A stretch of DNA of 64,000 bases from contig NC_042998.1 of the NCBI RefSeq assembly GCF_006345805.1, positions 15,748,001-15,812,000 of the forward strand. Direction: 5' to 3'. The notes beneath the pieces were generated by a model. It saw nothing but the letters and a program-made list of their open reading frames with translations. It was not told where the DNA came from and made no database searches. Below are positions 38,343 to 55,360 of this stretch, piece after piece; position 1 is the first letter of the stretch; the number at the start of each line of letters is the position of its first letter. The position numbers and the translations under genes are program-made. The stretch comes from Octopus sinensis. Lineage: Eukaryota.

Positions 38343-38576
38343 GCGGTGAGCTGGCAGAAACGTTAGCACGCCGGGCGAAATGCTTAGCGGTATTTCGTCT
38401 GCGTTACGTTGTGAGTTCGAATTCCGCCGAGGTCGTCTTTGCCTTTCATCATTTCGGGGTCGATAAATTAAGTACCAGTTACGCACTGGGGTCGAAGTAA
38501 TCGACTTAATACCTATGTCTGTCCTTGTTTTTCCCTTCTGTGTTTAGCCCCTTGTGGGTAATAAAGAAATAGGTAT
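38342..38576 (+). mobile_element. SINE family B, full length
   Basis: ggcggtgagctggcagaaacgttagc...gggtaataaagaaataggtat. Confidence 0.9.
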
Positions 38577-39689
38577 CAATTTGAGGAACTCTATAGAGTG
38601 AGTCTATTATACCTGAAGACATCAGGGTATGATTTGTGGAAGGCTTGGATTACTTTACTAAGAGAACGACTATCTGCAACTGCCCGTAGTGAGTATCGAC
38701 CTTTTCTTACTCAGTGACCCCTTTCACACAACAGGGTTCTTCGAACATTTCACCTAGTATATTACGAAAGAAAAAAAAAGATTCTTTTAAAGTAATTAAG
38801 TGAATTTCGTTAGTAGTGAGTAATCCATATTTTCATAAATTTACCATCTGTGATATTTCATAATTTTATATTTGTCTCTAATCAAATTCTACCTTGTTCA
38901 ATTTGTGTGAACCTTAAGGAAGGCATGTCCTTGGTGATCGACATTACATTGGACCTTCTCAGGTTTCTTCTTCCTCTAAACAAAATTTTCTCTTCCCATT
39001 TAAATCGGAACACATTTGTGTCTCACCATTATATATAGTGTTAAGTGCTGTTCTCATGCTTTTATATGAATTTATTTTTGCTTAATAATCTGTTCGTCTG
39101 TCTCTATGTTACTGTTTCTGTTTCATACGCATGCATTACATACGTGTCTGAGGTAGTGAGTGCTTGGAGGCATATGTGTACATGTGTGTCTATTTGCATA
39201 AAATCTATGACTCATAAATATTTATGCTCTAAATTTCTTCAGAAATTACTTTATGTGACACGGGTTCTAAAGTATTGGCAATACCATGTCTAATTTGTTC
39301 AGATTCTCTGAGTATTCTAACGAAATCTTGGCACAAATATTATATTAAGCAGATATGTTACTATTATTGTCTGAAGAATCACTTATTGCAAAGAATAAAA
39401 TGGGGGTTACTAAAGGCAAGCAATGAGAGTTTAATATGGTTATAAAATGTAATTCCGAAATATCTATTTCATTGTGTTGTTATTCCCGATAGCCTGCAAG
39501 GTACTGTTCATATTTGAAATTCAATAAAGTCCAGGCATTTATTATAATGCATCAGGAAATGTGGAAGATAACACCAGCATGATGTTGCACATGAGTAACT
39601 GGAGTGGTAGCAGAAAAAGTGTAGTGCCGGCAGATTCAGAAGATGATAGACATATGAAATCACCGGTCAATTGAAACAAACTCATACTA

Positions 39690-42079
<2,390 letters not shown>

Positions 42080-42085
42080 AATGAT

Positions 42086-42627
42086 AAATGCCCTGATGCA
42101 GTACCAGGTAGTGGCTCTCATGGCTTCTGATCTTAACTGATTGGAAGTGTTATATACATTGTTTTGTCTTGGTATAAAAGATGGGCTACATCAAATATTC
42201 TGCTCAATACCACAAGTTTGCTTGTCGGTTGTTTGACCATAACCAGTTGACCATATCCCTTAGTGGCTGACGATATAGTCATCTCTGATCACGAGCAGAA
42301 GTAGTGGGGTAGCATCATAGCCATGTGTTGAGAGGTTTGAATAATTAACCTCTGGAAACATGGGTGTTTCGTTCATCATCCTTAAACAACTCTTAATCAG
42401 GGACCTTGTGAGCAAGATGGGTTAGTCGACCAGAAGAAAATTCTAACTGGGCTCCACCTGCAAGATCATGTGCTGTTTATCTTGATATGAGATCACATGT
42501 CCCACACATATGGTTGTGATGCATGTGACTAGTGTACCCCTATAAGATAGGTAATCATAATGGGTATACTGGGCTTCGTATATTTTACCCCTGTGTCACT
42601 TTGATGGCATGCTCTGCTCCCTCACTC
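42086..42627 (+). mobile_element. ~540-bp non-coding element embedded in (TAA)n
   Basis: Starts aaatgccctgatgcagtacc directly after TAA/TGA repeats and ends ctcactc|aataataat; partial inverted copies at 16685-16810 and ~39831-39856, also TTA-adjacent. Confidence 0.7.
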
Positions 42628-42641
42628 AATAATAATGATAA

Positions 42642-43258
42642 TGGTTAAACAGTGTGGGTGAAAGCCTATAGCATATTACCTGTCAATGTGTGCTACTAGC
42701 CCCAAAAGAATATAAGAGACTACATGGCAACATAATAAGGATTGCCCATTCGACATGTTGCAACAAATATGTTGTTCATAGAGCAAAATGTTGATAGGAA
42801 CATAAACCCGAAGGCATAATCGCAAATTATAATGCAAAAACCCTATGGGATTTTATAATTCAGTGCAATCATTATATAGACAAACTAGGCATTTGAAAAA
42901 GAAAGCAAACCATGCTGGATCATAGATATAGGATTCCTTGCTGACAAAAAGATATGCGAGACGGAAGAAAAAAAGTCGATAGATATGACAGGTTAGCTTG
43001 GGAGGATAAGCAGCTGTGGTCGCTGAAAAATGTGCTATGTGCTAGTAGTAACAATAATTGTCGGAGCTCTGGGGGACAGTGATTACATTGAACAAATAGG
43101 GCAATACAGGTGGAGAACTTGCAGAAAACAGCACTAATTGGAACTGCCCGAATACTCCTGATGCTTCTCGAAAAATGAGGAGCGTTACCTTAGTTCACTG
43201 GTAGTGAACGGCTGACACCGGGATACATCTCCAACGTTAGAAGCTGTGCAAAGATAGT
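42642..43258 (+). mobile_element. 3' fragment of a third R4/Dong-like LINE family
   Basis: Decayed CCHC and endonuclease translation (HITCQCVLLAPKEYKR.H, WDFIIQCNH, IIDIG, IIVGALG, LQKTALIGTARIL); ends in (TAA)n. Confidence 0.75.
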
Positions 43259-43259
43259 A

Positions 43260-43260
43260 A

Positions 43261-43355
<95 letters not shown>

Positions 43356-43400
43356 TAATAATAATAATAACAATAATAATATTAATAATAACAATAGGTA

Positions 43401-43454
<54 letters not shown>

Positions 43455-43455
43455 T
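43260..43455. repeat. (TAA)n-(TTA)n inverted microsatellite pair
   Basis: AAT run switches to ATT run across caataggta at ~43393-43400. Confidence 0.9.
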
Positions 43456-43544
43456 GGACATCTAACTAGATTTAAGACAGGTAGAGTAGAAATCGAAACT
43501 GATTGAAACGAACGCAACGCCGCTCATTATTTTCTGAGACGCGC

Positions 43545-43631
<87 letters not shown>

Positions 43632-44139
43632 TAATAATATTGGTATAAGCACTAACATTGATAAAAATATTGGACAATCTATTTTATTACTTAAATTTAG
43701 GGGCTCACAAATAACGTAAGTTATATTTTTATATTGTATAAAATAATTTTGTTTCTCATGATTTTTATACATAACGTTAATGAAAAATAAAATTTTATAT
43801 ATTAAATAGGTATCGACTGAAATTATATGCAATTTTTTTTTTCAGGAATGATGCTGGAAAGAATCAGATAAAAAAAATAAATAGTTTGCTCAAATTATTA
43901 ATATTTAGAAATATATATTTAATTTCTGTGACAATTTTATTTTCCGAGACAAAACATTTTTTTGACAATTTGATATATTAACAAAAATATTTTATTTAGT
44001 TTTACATCTTTATATATATATCTTACTACTTTTCAGTAGCCGTTATTGCGTTACTTTTCTCATTGACAGTGTGATGTATATGTTTTATTTTGGGAATTTA
44101 TATTTATGACCGCCTTCATTGTCAGTTCTGCTGTGTGAT

Positions 44140-44298
44140 TATATGATACAGAATGATGAATACATACACACATACATACATACATACATATATACACACA
44201 CATATATATATATACACAGATATATATATATATGTATATGTATACAGATATATATATGTATATATATATATAGATATATATGTATGTATTTATGTATG

Positions 44299-44342
<44 letters not shown>

Positions 44343-44479
44343 TATAGATATATGTATACATATATATGTATATAACATATGTGTATTTATATTCATATAT
44401 GTGTGTATATATATACATACATACATGCACACACACAAACACACACACACACACATATATATTATATATATATATATAT

Positions 44480-44521
<42 letters not shown>

Positions 44522-44570
44522 TATATATATAGATATATATATATATACATATATGTGTGTGTGTTTGTGT
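44140..44570. repeat. Compound (TA)n/(TACA)n/(CA)n microsatellite
   Basis: Visible low-complexity runs; explains the overlapping YI-rich ORFs. Confidence 0.9.
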
Positions 44571-44881
44571 GTATACATTTACCACACTTACTCATACACA
44601 TAAATTTCTACATATGCATAACTGTACCTCTTAGTTCATATGCACACACCACCTCACACTGAAATAAGTCTCAAATGTTTACTTTAAAATTCTATAAATA
44701 TATTGAGTGCAATTTATTTTCGATTACATATATATGTTTGTGTATAAACGAAAAAATATAGAAGAGTAAGGAATATGTTGTGCAAACAATTAAACCGTTT
44801 CTAATTCATTATTTCATTACTGAAATTGCAACTCATGAATATCAATCATATTGTAATGGTGCACATGCTAACCAGGACTCC

Positions 44882-45188
44882 GGTACTCCATCAGTTGCGA
44901 CAACGAGGGTTCAATTTGAGCCGATCAACGGAACAGACTACTCGTGAAATTAACGTGCAAGTGACTGAGGATACTTCAACACGCGTACGCTTAACATAGT
45001 TCTCAAAGAGATTCAGCGTGACACAGAATGTGAGAAGGCTGGCTCTTAGAAACAGAGGTATAATAAATTTCAGACTGTTGATTGAAATGGAGCAACGTGA
45101 AATAAAGTGTCTTCTTCAAGTACATAGCGCTCTGCTGGAAATCGAACTTACAACCGTATCTGAGTACACTAAACTCTAAGCCACGCAT
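44882..45188 (-). mobile_element. Degenerate SINE family C
   Basis: Similar to 36646-37031 but without the internal duplication. Confidence 0.8.
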
Positions 45189-46678
45189 TTTTATTTCAGC
45201 TTCTTGTATGATACTTGATAACATATTTTCTGATTGAATGATTTTTAACTTTAATTAAATGCCATTTCCCTTTGATATGATTGAATACTGCAAATTTTTG
45301 GATAATTTTCGGTTAATAGTTGGCGGTTTATTGTAATCAACGAATGGACTGCGCCTGCGCAGATAATTTGACAAGTTAGGTCGTATGTACACAAGACATG
45401 TTGTCCCGTGTAGAGAGGTTGGTTCATTCTGACGAAAATCAGACATTGTGAGTTCTCTATGATGCGCTAAAAGAAGATTAGAAACCAATAGGTCCAGGAA
45501 TCTAGACAGTAAAAGTTTTTAATTTCCAAATTTATTCCTGTCGAATCTTATCCCCAATTTTTGGTGGTTATATAACTTAGCTGTTCTTTCTAGCACGTAG
45601 AATCCCTATAAGTGGATTCTCTATATAGTTAAATATACACTATATCGTATACATGAACGTAGATAGGGATTCATTTTCATATGTGCACAAACACGAATAC
45701 ATAAAATTGACACTGGTAACCTCTACAGGCAAAGACATAACGATATACAAACGATTCGTTAAAAACATCATAACGCTGAATGTTTATGTCTTATATTCAC
45801 ATATTTCCATATCTGTCTCTGACTGTTTGATTGAAACAATAAGGTTCATAAATCGATTGTTATAGCTCGATAGATCAAAGCCTCATTTTAAAGAACTAAG
45901 AAAAGATTCGCGTCTGCATTTATTCTTACAAGATCAGAAATCTTTGTAGATTTACCTGCCAAAGGTTTTCGTATCCATTAGTGTCCCGCTTTAGGGAGGC
46001 AGTCGTGCATCTGTATGCTTGCATGTATGTATGTATGTATGTATGTATGTATGTATGTATGTATGTATGTACGTATGTATGTATGGATCTATGTATGTGC
46101 GTGTATATATATAAATAATATATATAAATGTACATATATATATATATGTATATATTATATGTATATATATATATATATGTATGTATGTACATATATGTAT
46201 ATATACATATATATGTCAGAGCGTGTACATATGGATATATGTATGTAGTTTTGTGTATGTATATATCTTTATCTATGTATGTATCTATCTATCTATCTGT
46301 ACATACATACCTACGTACATACATATATATTTAGACACACACAGATACACACACATGCGCACATACATATATACATGTATTCATATCAGTGATGGGCGAA
46401 CCGTTGCCGGCTAATCAAAATGGTTGCCCATGCCATACGTATACGCATACTGTATCTGTATGCTTTGACAACTACGCTTTTCATGTTCAACAAGTACCAC
46501 CTAAAACTGGAATCGATTGTTTATTATCTCTGTATGACTTCCTTTGCTTTCCTTTTATTTCCTTCTCCCTCATAACACCTCTCTGTTTTCGATTCTTTGT
46601 TCACTCTCTGTCTCCTCTTTTTTTCTCACTCTTCGATTCTTTGTTCTCTCCCTCCCTCTCTCATTGTACGATTCTTCG

Positions 46679-46699
<21 letters not shown>

Positions 46700-46716
<17 letters not shown>

Positions 46717-46945
46717 AATTCTGTGTTCTCTCACTCTCCCTTGAATTCTGTGTTCTCTCTCTCTCTCTCTTGTATTTTGTGTACTCTCTCTCACTCCCTC
46801 TCTTTAATTCTGTGTTTTCTCTCGCTCTCTTGAATTCTGTGTCCTCTCTCCCTCTCTTCAATTTTGTGTTCGCTCTCTCTCTCTCTCTCTTCAATTCTGT
46901 GTTCCCTCTCGCTCTCTCTTTAATTCTGTGTTCTCTCTCTCTATC
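46700..46945. repeat. CT-rich minisatellite, ~8 units with core cttNaattctgtgttc spaced by (CT)n
   Basis: Repeated ttgaattctgtgttct / ttcaattctgtgttcc / tttaattctgtgttct cores; the LSLS-rich 220-aa ORF is read-through. Confidence 0.85.
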
Positions 46946-48514
46946 TCTCCCCCTCTCTCTCCCTCTCTTATCAATGATTATATTTTACTGCAAAATGGTT
47001 TTGAGAAACTACACAGAGATTCACTTCTTCCAGAGAATTAAAAAAGTTTAACGATGCTGTTATATACTTACCTCATGGAAAACAAATCACATAATTCTGA
47101 GCATCCAAAGGGGAAGGGCAATATACAGCAGAGCTTGGAACAGAAAAGAGATCACTTCATTCATAAATACTAATTTTAATTCAAATAACTGTTCAGAATT
47201 CTAACGGAGTTTCTGAAGTAATGTACATCGTCCTTTCTGTTAGAATGAAAGTCACACTTATACACACTAAATACTTGATCGGTTGCTTCATTAGTTATTC
47301 TTTAGTTAAATGTTACTTCGGTCGAGACATTCGTAATATATGAGACAACAATAAAGTGATAAACAATTAGAATTAAAGATAATTGGTTTTCTTGGTAAAT
47401 AACTATTTTCATCACAATTTCCCCTCTGGGACATTGAGCACATGATAAAGCACAAAGTTATGATTTACTTTAAAGAACATTTGTATAATCTCTTGAATGA
47501 CTAGTATTTTCTTGAGAGATTTTATAATACAATGATGGTGATTCATATTTTGTGCATTTCGGTACCGAGTGTGTCCTAATTTTTGTATATTCTCCCTATG
47601 TTTCCTGTTGCCCTTATTCTTCCTACGTATCGATTTCTAACAATACGTAACATAGAATGTAATCCTAAAACGGTTTTATATACATATAGGTTTCATTAAG
47701 TTGCAGGACAATATCAAACAACACTGTGGAAGAGAGTTTTGTTATCTGATGTTGGAGACATGTTTCCTACTAATTCCTACTAATTCCTGGGTGCTGATTT
47801 CAAAAACGAAATCCTTTCTGCTCTATTACGTTCAGCTTTTCCACAAACTTAGATGTCCATTTTCAACATTTCTGGTATTATCACCGTTTCTATGGATAGA
47901 GTTGACTTCACCAAATGCGAACCCATGTATGGAGCATGACATAACTTTGAAAGTATAGTTTTAAATGTCATTTAAAATAAATACAACTACAAAAGTGTAA
48001 ACAAAAGTCATGATTTAAGTATTTTCAGTAAATGTTAAGCATCAAACACGAGCAACTTCACTATCATCAACATAACCAGTTTCAAATATCATGATGATGA
48101 TAGAAATGCCCTTTATACAATTAGATGTTAAGAAACAACGTATTTTGTGGTCCTTGACACCATCCGTGTCTCATATTTGCGGAATTTATCTGCAGATATG
48201 CGCACGCTCTCCTTAATTTAGTGTAACTAGCAACGCAAGCTAACTGAGACATGTTTTGTTGAACTTAAAAGTTCAACATGAAAATAATTATTTTGAATTT
48301 GCCCTTAATGTTTTAATTGTGAGGTCATATGTGTCAAGTTCACTTACCGTCAAGCATTGTCAAAAATACTGTAAAACGAACTTCATGGTATGTATGCTCT
48401 GTATGGAACTTTGTCATCACAAATCTGCATTTGCTTACTTTATAGTTGTTGACTATTCTAAATATGCTTTTCCCAGGTGACAACAGGCTTTAATATTGCT
48501 TGTGTTTCAGAAAT

Positions 48515-49504
48515 ATAGACAGTCGTGAGAGAAGAGAATGTAAAAAAAGCCCCGATGTCTTCTGCTTATTTCTGGATTAGGCAGTCAAAGAAAATCACAG
48601 ATTTTGTGTAGAAAGATTATCTTACTTCCTTACATTCTTTAGCATGAAAATGGGTGACAGCTCAAAGCTTGAGCAGCCCATATAGTGTGCAAAACATGTG
48701 TTGAAACGCTGAAATAGTGACTGCTTCAAATGTTTAAACAAAAAGTACCCAGTTTTTTCTTGTGAGAAAATTAAGATTGGCGTGTTTGATGGGCCACACA
48801 ATTGGTAGTTACTTCGGGACGTGCTAGTTTTGGAGACCATGTCTGGCTTTGACAAAGTATTACGGTATGCTTTTGCTGCAGTCGTATCTGATTATCTGGG
48901 AAACAGGAAGTCATGAAATTATGAAGATCTTGTGCAGATCCTTTTTATCAGTTTTCCCAGCACTGAACTGCAAAATGAGAGTAAATGTGCATAGTCATCT
49001 GGATTACTTCCTTGAAAATCATAAGGCAATAAATAATGAGCAAGGAGAATGATTGAACCAACAGATTGAACCAGCCTGGAGTCTAGCTATCAAGGCCGGT
49101 GGAGCACCAACGTGATGCGGTTGACCGCAGGTCACTGATGCAATTTATTCGCGTAAAGCAGCAAAGAAAATGTTCATTCATTGAGTGCCTGAAACTCCAG
49201 TTTGACAGAAATATCTATTCTAAGATTTGTAATTAAACATTTGTGTAATATATTTGTTAAACAATAAAAGGTATTATTTGGTTTGTGTTAGTTTCTTATT
49301 TCGGTATTGCATTTAATTACAAAGTTGACATTTTTGCTAAAAAAGAAAAGAACAAGAAAAAAAACGGAATTCCTGTTCAACAAAAAATCTTGACGTGATA
49401 GAAAATTTCTGAGGATATTTCTGAACCCAGGACTATCCAATTAGGTAGGATTAATTGTTGAAAGCAAAGAACTAAATTTCATTTTTCAAAAATGTTACCC
49501 AGTG
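48515..49504 (+). mobile_element. Chapaev3-type (CMC superfamily) DNA transposon relic with a large internal deletion
   Basis: N-terminal C..SPDVFC and MKMGD.LKA*AAHIVCKTCVETL joined directly to C-terminal EKIKIGVFDGP, YLGNRKS, HSHLDYFLEN, EQGE* and YQGRW; right end tgttacccagtg (49493-49504); left end not found. Confidence 0.75.
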
Positions 49505-50750
49505 CAATATATAAGAATGAGACATTTTATGCAATTCGGTGGATGTAGTACTCTAAATGCAGGAAGAACCTGCCTTTATCCCGTCCAAAAATCTTGAAAT
49601 ACCAATAAAATATCATATTACATAATGCAAGTGGTAGAGAAATTATCTCTGGATAAAGGAGATTATTGAATGACGCTTTCATGTAAATTTCGCTTAACCA
49701 TGTCTACATGGATTTGAACATAATTATTTTTCTACAAATTATCGAGTATTGCTCAAAATAAGTATTTTAAAGTCCATTGTGTTGATTGTTTTTATTATGG
49801 TAGAAGTGTTAGCATAAATTACAGATCAAAACGTAGTCGAGTAAATTTTGCTTCCAAAAGTTTGTACCGGTATAAATGCAATGAAATAATTGAGGAAATC
49901 CTCTGTTTCATAATGATGCCAGAAAACTCATTAGGTGCAAAATCGTTAGATAAGAGCAGTTCTAGATTCATCAATTAAACAATCAGAGCCCTATGGTTTA
50001 CAATGTTATCGTTCGTCTAGTTAGTGCAGAAGACAAAGGTCCCTGAGCAAAAACCCTAATGATTTGAAACATATCTGAACTGTCCGAACTCACGAGGCGA
50101 TAAAACAAAGTCATGTTTACAAAAAGATTATAGATTAACAATTAATATGCAGTCACTGTTTCAGTGTTGAGTAATTTACGCCATAATTTGTATAATATTC
50201 TCTAAGAGGAGTATGTCTTAACGGTGATATGTATAGAAATATGTATTTTATGCTTCAACTTAATATTTGCTTTTGAGCACAGATATGATTTGAATTTGTT
50301 ATCTATTCGATTTCTTAGGTGGTTAACCTGCTCCTTTAATTCTGCCTTACAGTTTTCCTCTTCTTCATATTAAAATCATTGTAATTGTCTACCTCTCCAG
50401 TTTCTCGTTCTCATCATGTCCGCTTCCTCCTCTATCTTACTTGTATTATAATGTTATTCTTATTTCCATGCACTAATTAATTCCTCAGTGTGTTAATTTC
50501 TAATCGCATTTGAAGTGTTTCTTCTCTGCTCACACTGGTACAACATTGTCCATATTATTTGTTTTTTCTCGCTGGAATTAACTGACCTTGGCGTTACCTC
50601 CCTTTTTACACAGTAGTATAGACGCTTTCCTAATTTTGAATGAGATTACACCGTGTGGTATTTCTGTGTGATACTCTAATCATATTAATATAGCTAATTT
50701 CTCTTGACAACATTCTAAAACCTGCCTACCGAATGTATATATAACCGTAT

Positions 50751-51061
50751 TTCACTGTGATCACCGTGACCGACCAGGATATCAGATGGTGCTACACATC
50801 GCTGGTCACAATTCGCTTCGCATTGTTTTAGCCTTCAAATGACGCCACCCCGCTGGCTAAGCGAGCAGGCCAACAGAATAAAGAGTGAGAGAAATTTGTG
50901 GCGAAAGAGTACAGCAGGGATCATCACCAGCCCCTGCCGGAGCCTCGTGGGATCTTTCAGGTGTTTTCACTCAATAAACACTCATAACGCCTAGTGTAGG
51001 TGTCGAAACCGCCATCATACGACCACAAATCCGCTGCCCTAACCACTGGGCCATTGTGCCT
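50751..51061 (-). mobile_element. tRNA-derived SINE, family D
   Basis: Minus-strand head aggcacaatggcccagtggttagggcagcggatttgtggtcgtatgatggcggtttcgacacc; distinct body and tail. Confidence 0.75.
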
Positions 51062-51237
51062 ATAAAATAATCGTTTTTATTCAAGTAGAAGTGTATTGCG
51101 CCATCCGAAAATTTACTGCATGGAGTTGCACGATCATTTTTCATATGAGAATCCGGTAAATCTAATGCTTATTTACCTACATGTAAATAAAACTATGGTA
51201 ACCCACTAACACATATGATACCAATACCATTACACCT

Positions 51238-51440
51238 TAAGGCGGCGAGCTGGTAGTCTCGTCAGTATGACGGACAAAATGCCGAGGGACATTTTATTCG
51301 TCTTTACGTTTTATGTTCAAATTCTGACGAGGTTCACTTTACCTTTCATCACTTCGGGGTACGATTAGATATGTATGAGCACTAGGGTTGACTTATCGCC
51401 ACCTTAGAAAATGCTGGCTTTGTACCAACATTTGAAATTA
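51238..51440 (+). mobile_element. Degenerate family B-related SINE
   Basis: aaggcggcgagctgg...ttcaaattctgacgagg...ctggctttgtaccaacatttgaaa. Confidence 0.7.
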
Positions 51441-51829
51441 ATATCGATATACCTGTATTTCCTTTATGAATATAATTCAGGGAGTGTTGGGTGTTTACTG
51501 GAATTTACTTTACGGAGAATAAATTTTGATATTCTGGATTATAATTCCCATCAATACGACCTGTTATGAGAGAGTACTCAGTTTATCACCTGGATTTCAC
51601 AATCTATCCTCACTGTAAATACATGCCGCCTGTTGGAGATATTTTCTTCCTCCGTTTTCCTTTTTACTTGGACATTTCTCTGTCCCCTGTTTCTGAAGAA
51701 TAGCTTTTCCTCAAAATATAAAACACTGTTTTATTCCTTCGCTCAGCATCTTTTTAATAATTTGCATTTACCACGTCCTGGCGTGGTTGTCTTTTCTGAT
51801 TATGTTTTTACTTTTTTTCTTGTATTAAT

Positions 51830-51872
51830 TACATGCATACATACATGTATGTATATATAAATATGCATACAT

Positions 51873-51946
<74 letters not shown>

Positions 51947-51998
51947 AACTGTTTGTTGATACATACATGTAATTCCCTTCTTTCGTTTGTCCGTTCAT

Positions 51999-52040
<42 letters not shown>

Positions 52041-52147
52041 GAGAGAGAGAGAGAAACAGACAGACAGACAGATAGGTAGGTTGATAGGTGGATAGAAGGA
52101 TAGATAGATACATAGATAAATGGATGGATAGATAGATAGATAGATAT

Positions 52148-52230
<83 letters not shown>

Positions 52231-52260
52231 TAGAAGGATAGATAGACATATCGATAGATA
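51830..52260. repeat. Compound (TACA)/(CA)/(TA)/(GA)/(GATA)n microsatellite
   Basis: Visible runs including a long GATA tract at ~52130-52230. Confidence 0.9.
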
Positions 52261-52679
52261 GTTGGCTGCACAAATATATAGATACTTACAAACATACATA
52301 CCTATAAATTTATATCTTTGTGTATACGCGCGCACAAATACGCTCTCACACATTCACACAAGTTAATACTCATATCAATTTTATTATTCACTCCCTGGTA
52401 CATAGATGTGTGCAAGTGAATGTATGAGTGATAATTGGCTTTTTCTGTTGAAAATGAATACCAACACAGCTTGCAATGGGAATGAATCCTAACAATGTTC
52501 AGCATATTTTATGAGCCTATGGAACATTCCGTTGAAGTTATACGTTTCCTTGCACAAGACATTACACACGAGCACGCCGCGCACACACAAGTATATAAAA
52601 CTATATATTTAAACAAACGCAGATATAATGCATATCACAAATTATCTATGTAAATCTCAGTACATGTGTAAGATATACA

Positions 52680-52752
<73 letters not shown>

Positions 52753-52770
52753 ATATATATTATATATATG

Positions 52771-52806
<36 letters not shown>

Positions 52807-52821
52807 TGATATATATATATG

Positions 52822-52864
<43 letters not shown>

Positions 52865-53792
52865 CTATACATATGTAAGTGTTCGTGTATATGTGTATGT
52901 ATGCGTGTGCATATATATATATATACATACACATAAATGCGTACACATATATACGTATGCACGTGGTAGGGGAGTTATGCTGGTGCTTGCGTGTCAGTGT
53001 GTATGTATATGGTTTTATATATCTATATGACTACACCAATTGATATCATTCCATAGCTTCCTCATTCACTCACACATTCTTTGCATCTCTATATTCTAAT
53101 TCGCTGTATATGTATGTGTATCGTTCAAGACACACACACACAACTTTACGTTAAATGTAACATAATTATTCATTAATGTATGCATGCATACATAAATATA
53201 TAATGAGATAGGAGAGACATATCAAAACGGGGGTAAAAAAAAAATACACATATATAAAATGCTATAGAGTTTAAATTTTATGTAGTGCTACAAAGATGCG
53301 CACGAAATGTATGTAGCTTTTCAGTATATAATCAATTCACGAAAATATATGAATTCAAATGTGGCCCTTTGAGATTTCATTGTAAATTTCATTTAATAAA
53401 TACAATTCTTTTATAAGAGAAACATTTATTCAAGACAGTATATATGAAGAAGGTATGTTTGAACTTATGAATATGAATATATGCAGATAACCTAAGCTAA
53501 TACGTATATAATGCATATGAATACATTTATGAAAGAAAAAAAGAAGTTACACATAATTGTGCACACATAGAGACACGTTTGCATATATCTTTATGTGTAT
53601 CATGAATATATGTGTATCTTGGCAGACACATACGCACGGACGGAGACACATTCGTGTTCGTGTATATACATATAATTATATATATAATATAATATAATAT
53701 TATATGTATATATATATATACACGTATGGATACACATACATATATAAATAGTATATATATGTGCATATATATATACATATGCACATATATAT

Positions 53793-53823
<31 letters not shown>

Positions 53824-53858
53824 ATATACACGCATGGATACACGTACATATATAAATA

Positions 53859-53915
<57 letters not shown>

Positions 53916-55160
53916 TGCACATATATATCTACATTAACACACACAGATATCTGTGTACCTGTATATGTATATATGATGTTTTTTTATTAGGATACACCAC
54001 CAGCGATCTTAAAACGAAGCATTACATACTACCACTAATCTAGGTATGTACCTGTACATTATTTAATCAAAATATGATGAAAGGCATAAATTATTTCGGT
54101 AGTATTTGAATTCAGTCTGTGAACAAATAGCTCAATATATTTTTTCCGTTTCCCTAACGATGAAGTCATCTGGCAACCACAATGTGTCTATATACATAAA
54201 CATGCATACATATATACATACAAATAAACACGGATACTTAGATGCATACGTGTATACTAGAGATACTACCTGCACCTGAAACATGACATTGTGAAGGCAT
54301 TGCTATACGTAGTTAGGAATGCCTGGAGTTATCCATCAAAAGCATGTCAGAAGCAGCATGTATTTACACCTTTAAAATCAAGATATAATGGTGGAATACT
54401 CTAATAAAAAAAATAGTTCAGTGCATTAAAAAGACATATATTTTTCTGTGGTAGAGGAAGCAAATGTCATAGTTAGCTTCCCAGTAAGTGTGAATGTGCC
54501 ATCAAATGTCCAGCAAAAAAGAAAACATTTACGATGAATTAATGCCGAACTGACAGTTGCTGCTCCCTGTCTATAACGATTCATGTGTTCCTATACACAT
54601 AGGTGCATTAGGGTTTGTAACCTTAAATTAACACAAACACCTTCAAATATTAGGCTTCTCTAAATCTCTATTAGTGAAAGTGTGAATATATGAAAGACAT
54701 TTCAAAGATTCTCCATCTGAGATTCTCTAGGTAATTGGTTTTCAGCCGGGATCCATTTGGCCCTTCGTGGTCCACATACAATTTTTGGGGGCCAGGACAG
54801 CAGAATAGTAATCAAAAGGTTCAAGAGATAAAACAAACTGTTTGAGAACCTTTGCTGTAGGTGGATACATGACCAAACTTGATTGGGCGCTTCGAGAGCT
54901 CAACTAACACATAAATTCAACTACGTATTTACAAATACCCAAACCTTTTGAGACTCAAATATCTGCTTGCTATGTTAGCAACGAACTTCAAATCTCTCAG
55001 AGAAGAAATGAAGTTAAATTCTAGCCGTATCATATATAACACCCCAACATCTTACATGTACATTGTTTCCTCAAATTATGTGTGTGCATATATATATATA
55101 TAATATATATATATATATATTATATATATATATATATATATAGATATATATATATATATA

Positions 55161-55321
55161 GTTTATTAAAAAGCAGGAAAAATATGACACTTTCATGTTC
55201 TCGTTCGTACGACTATTTTGTTTTGTTTTAATCAAAACTTATTTAATAAAGCATAGTACTCTAGCTCTGGTATTCGAGTACTATCTTTTTCAACTTATTT
55301 CGCATTTATGTGATTACTCTG

Positions 55322-55325
<4 letters not shown>
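55161..55325. mobile_element. (TA)n-flanked relic related to the 28545 and 35400 elements
   Basis: tttcatgttctcgttcgtacgactattttgtt resembles 28587-28619; aataaagcatagtactctagctctggtattcgagtac resembles 35460-35497. Confidence 0.5.
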
Positions 55326-55359
<34 letters not shown>

Positions 55360-55360
55360 T

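Noticed and set aside
46387-46436. hAT-like inverted termini (cagtgatgggcgaacc ... ggttgcccatgcc)
   Set aside because: Only ~50 bp, imperfect, with no 8-bp TSD; too weak to call.
50990-51061. tRNA-like sequences here and at other SINE heads
   Set aside because: They continue into SINE bodies and lack complete cloverleaves; not tRNA genes.
54743-54858. Possible hAT MITE end (gtttgagaacctttgctg)
   Set aside because: No matching left terminus or TSD found.
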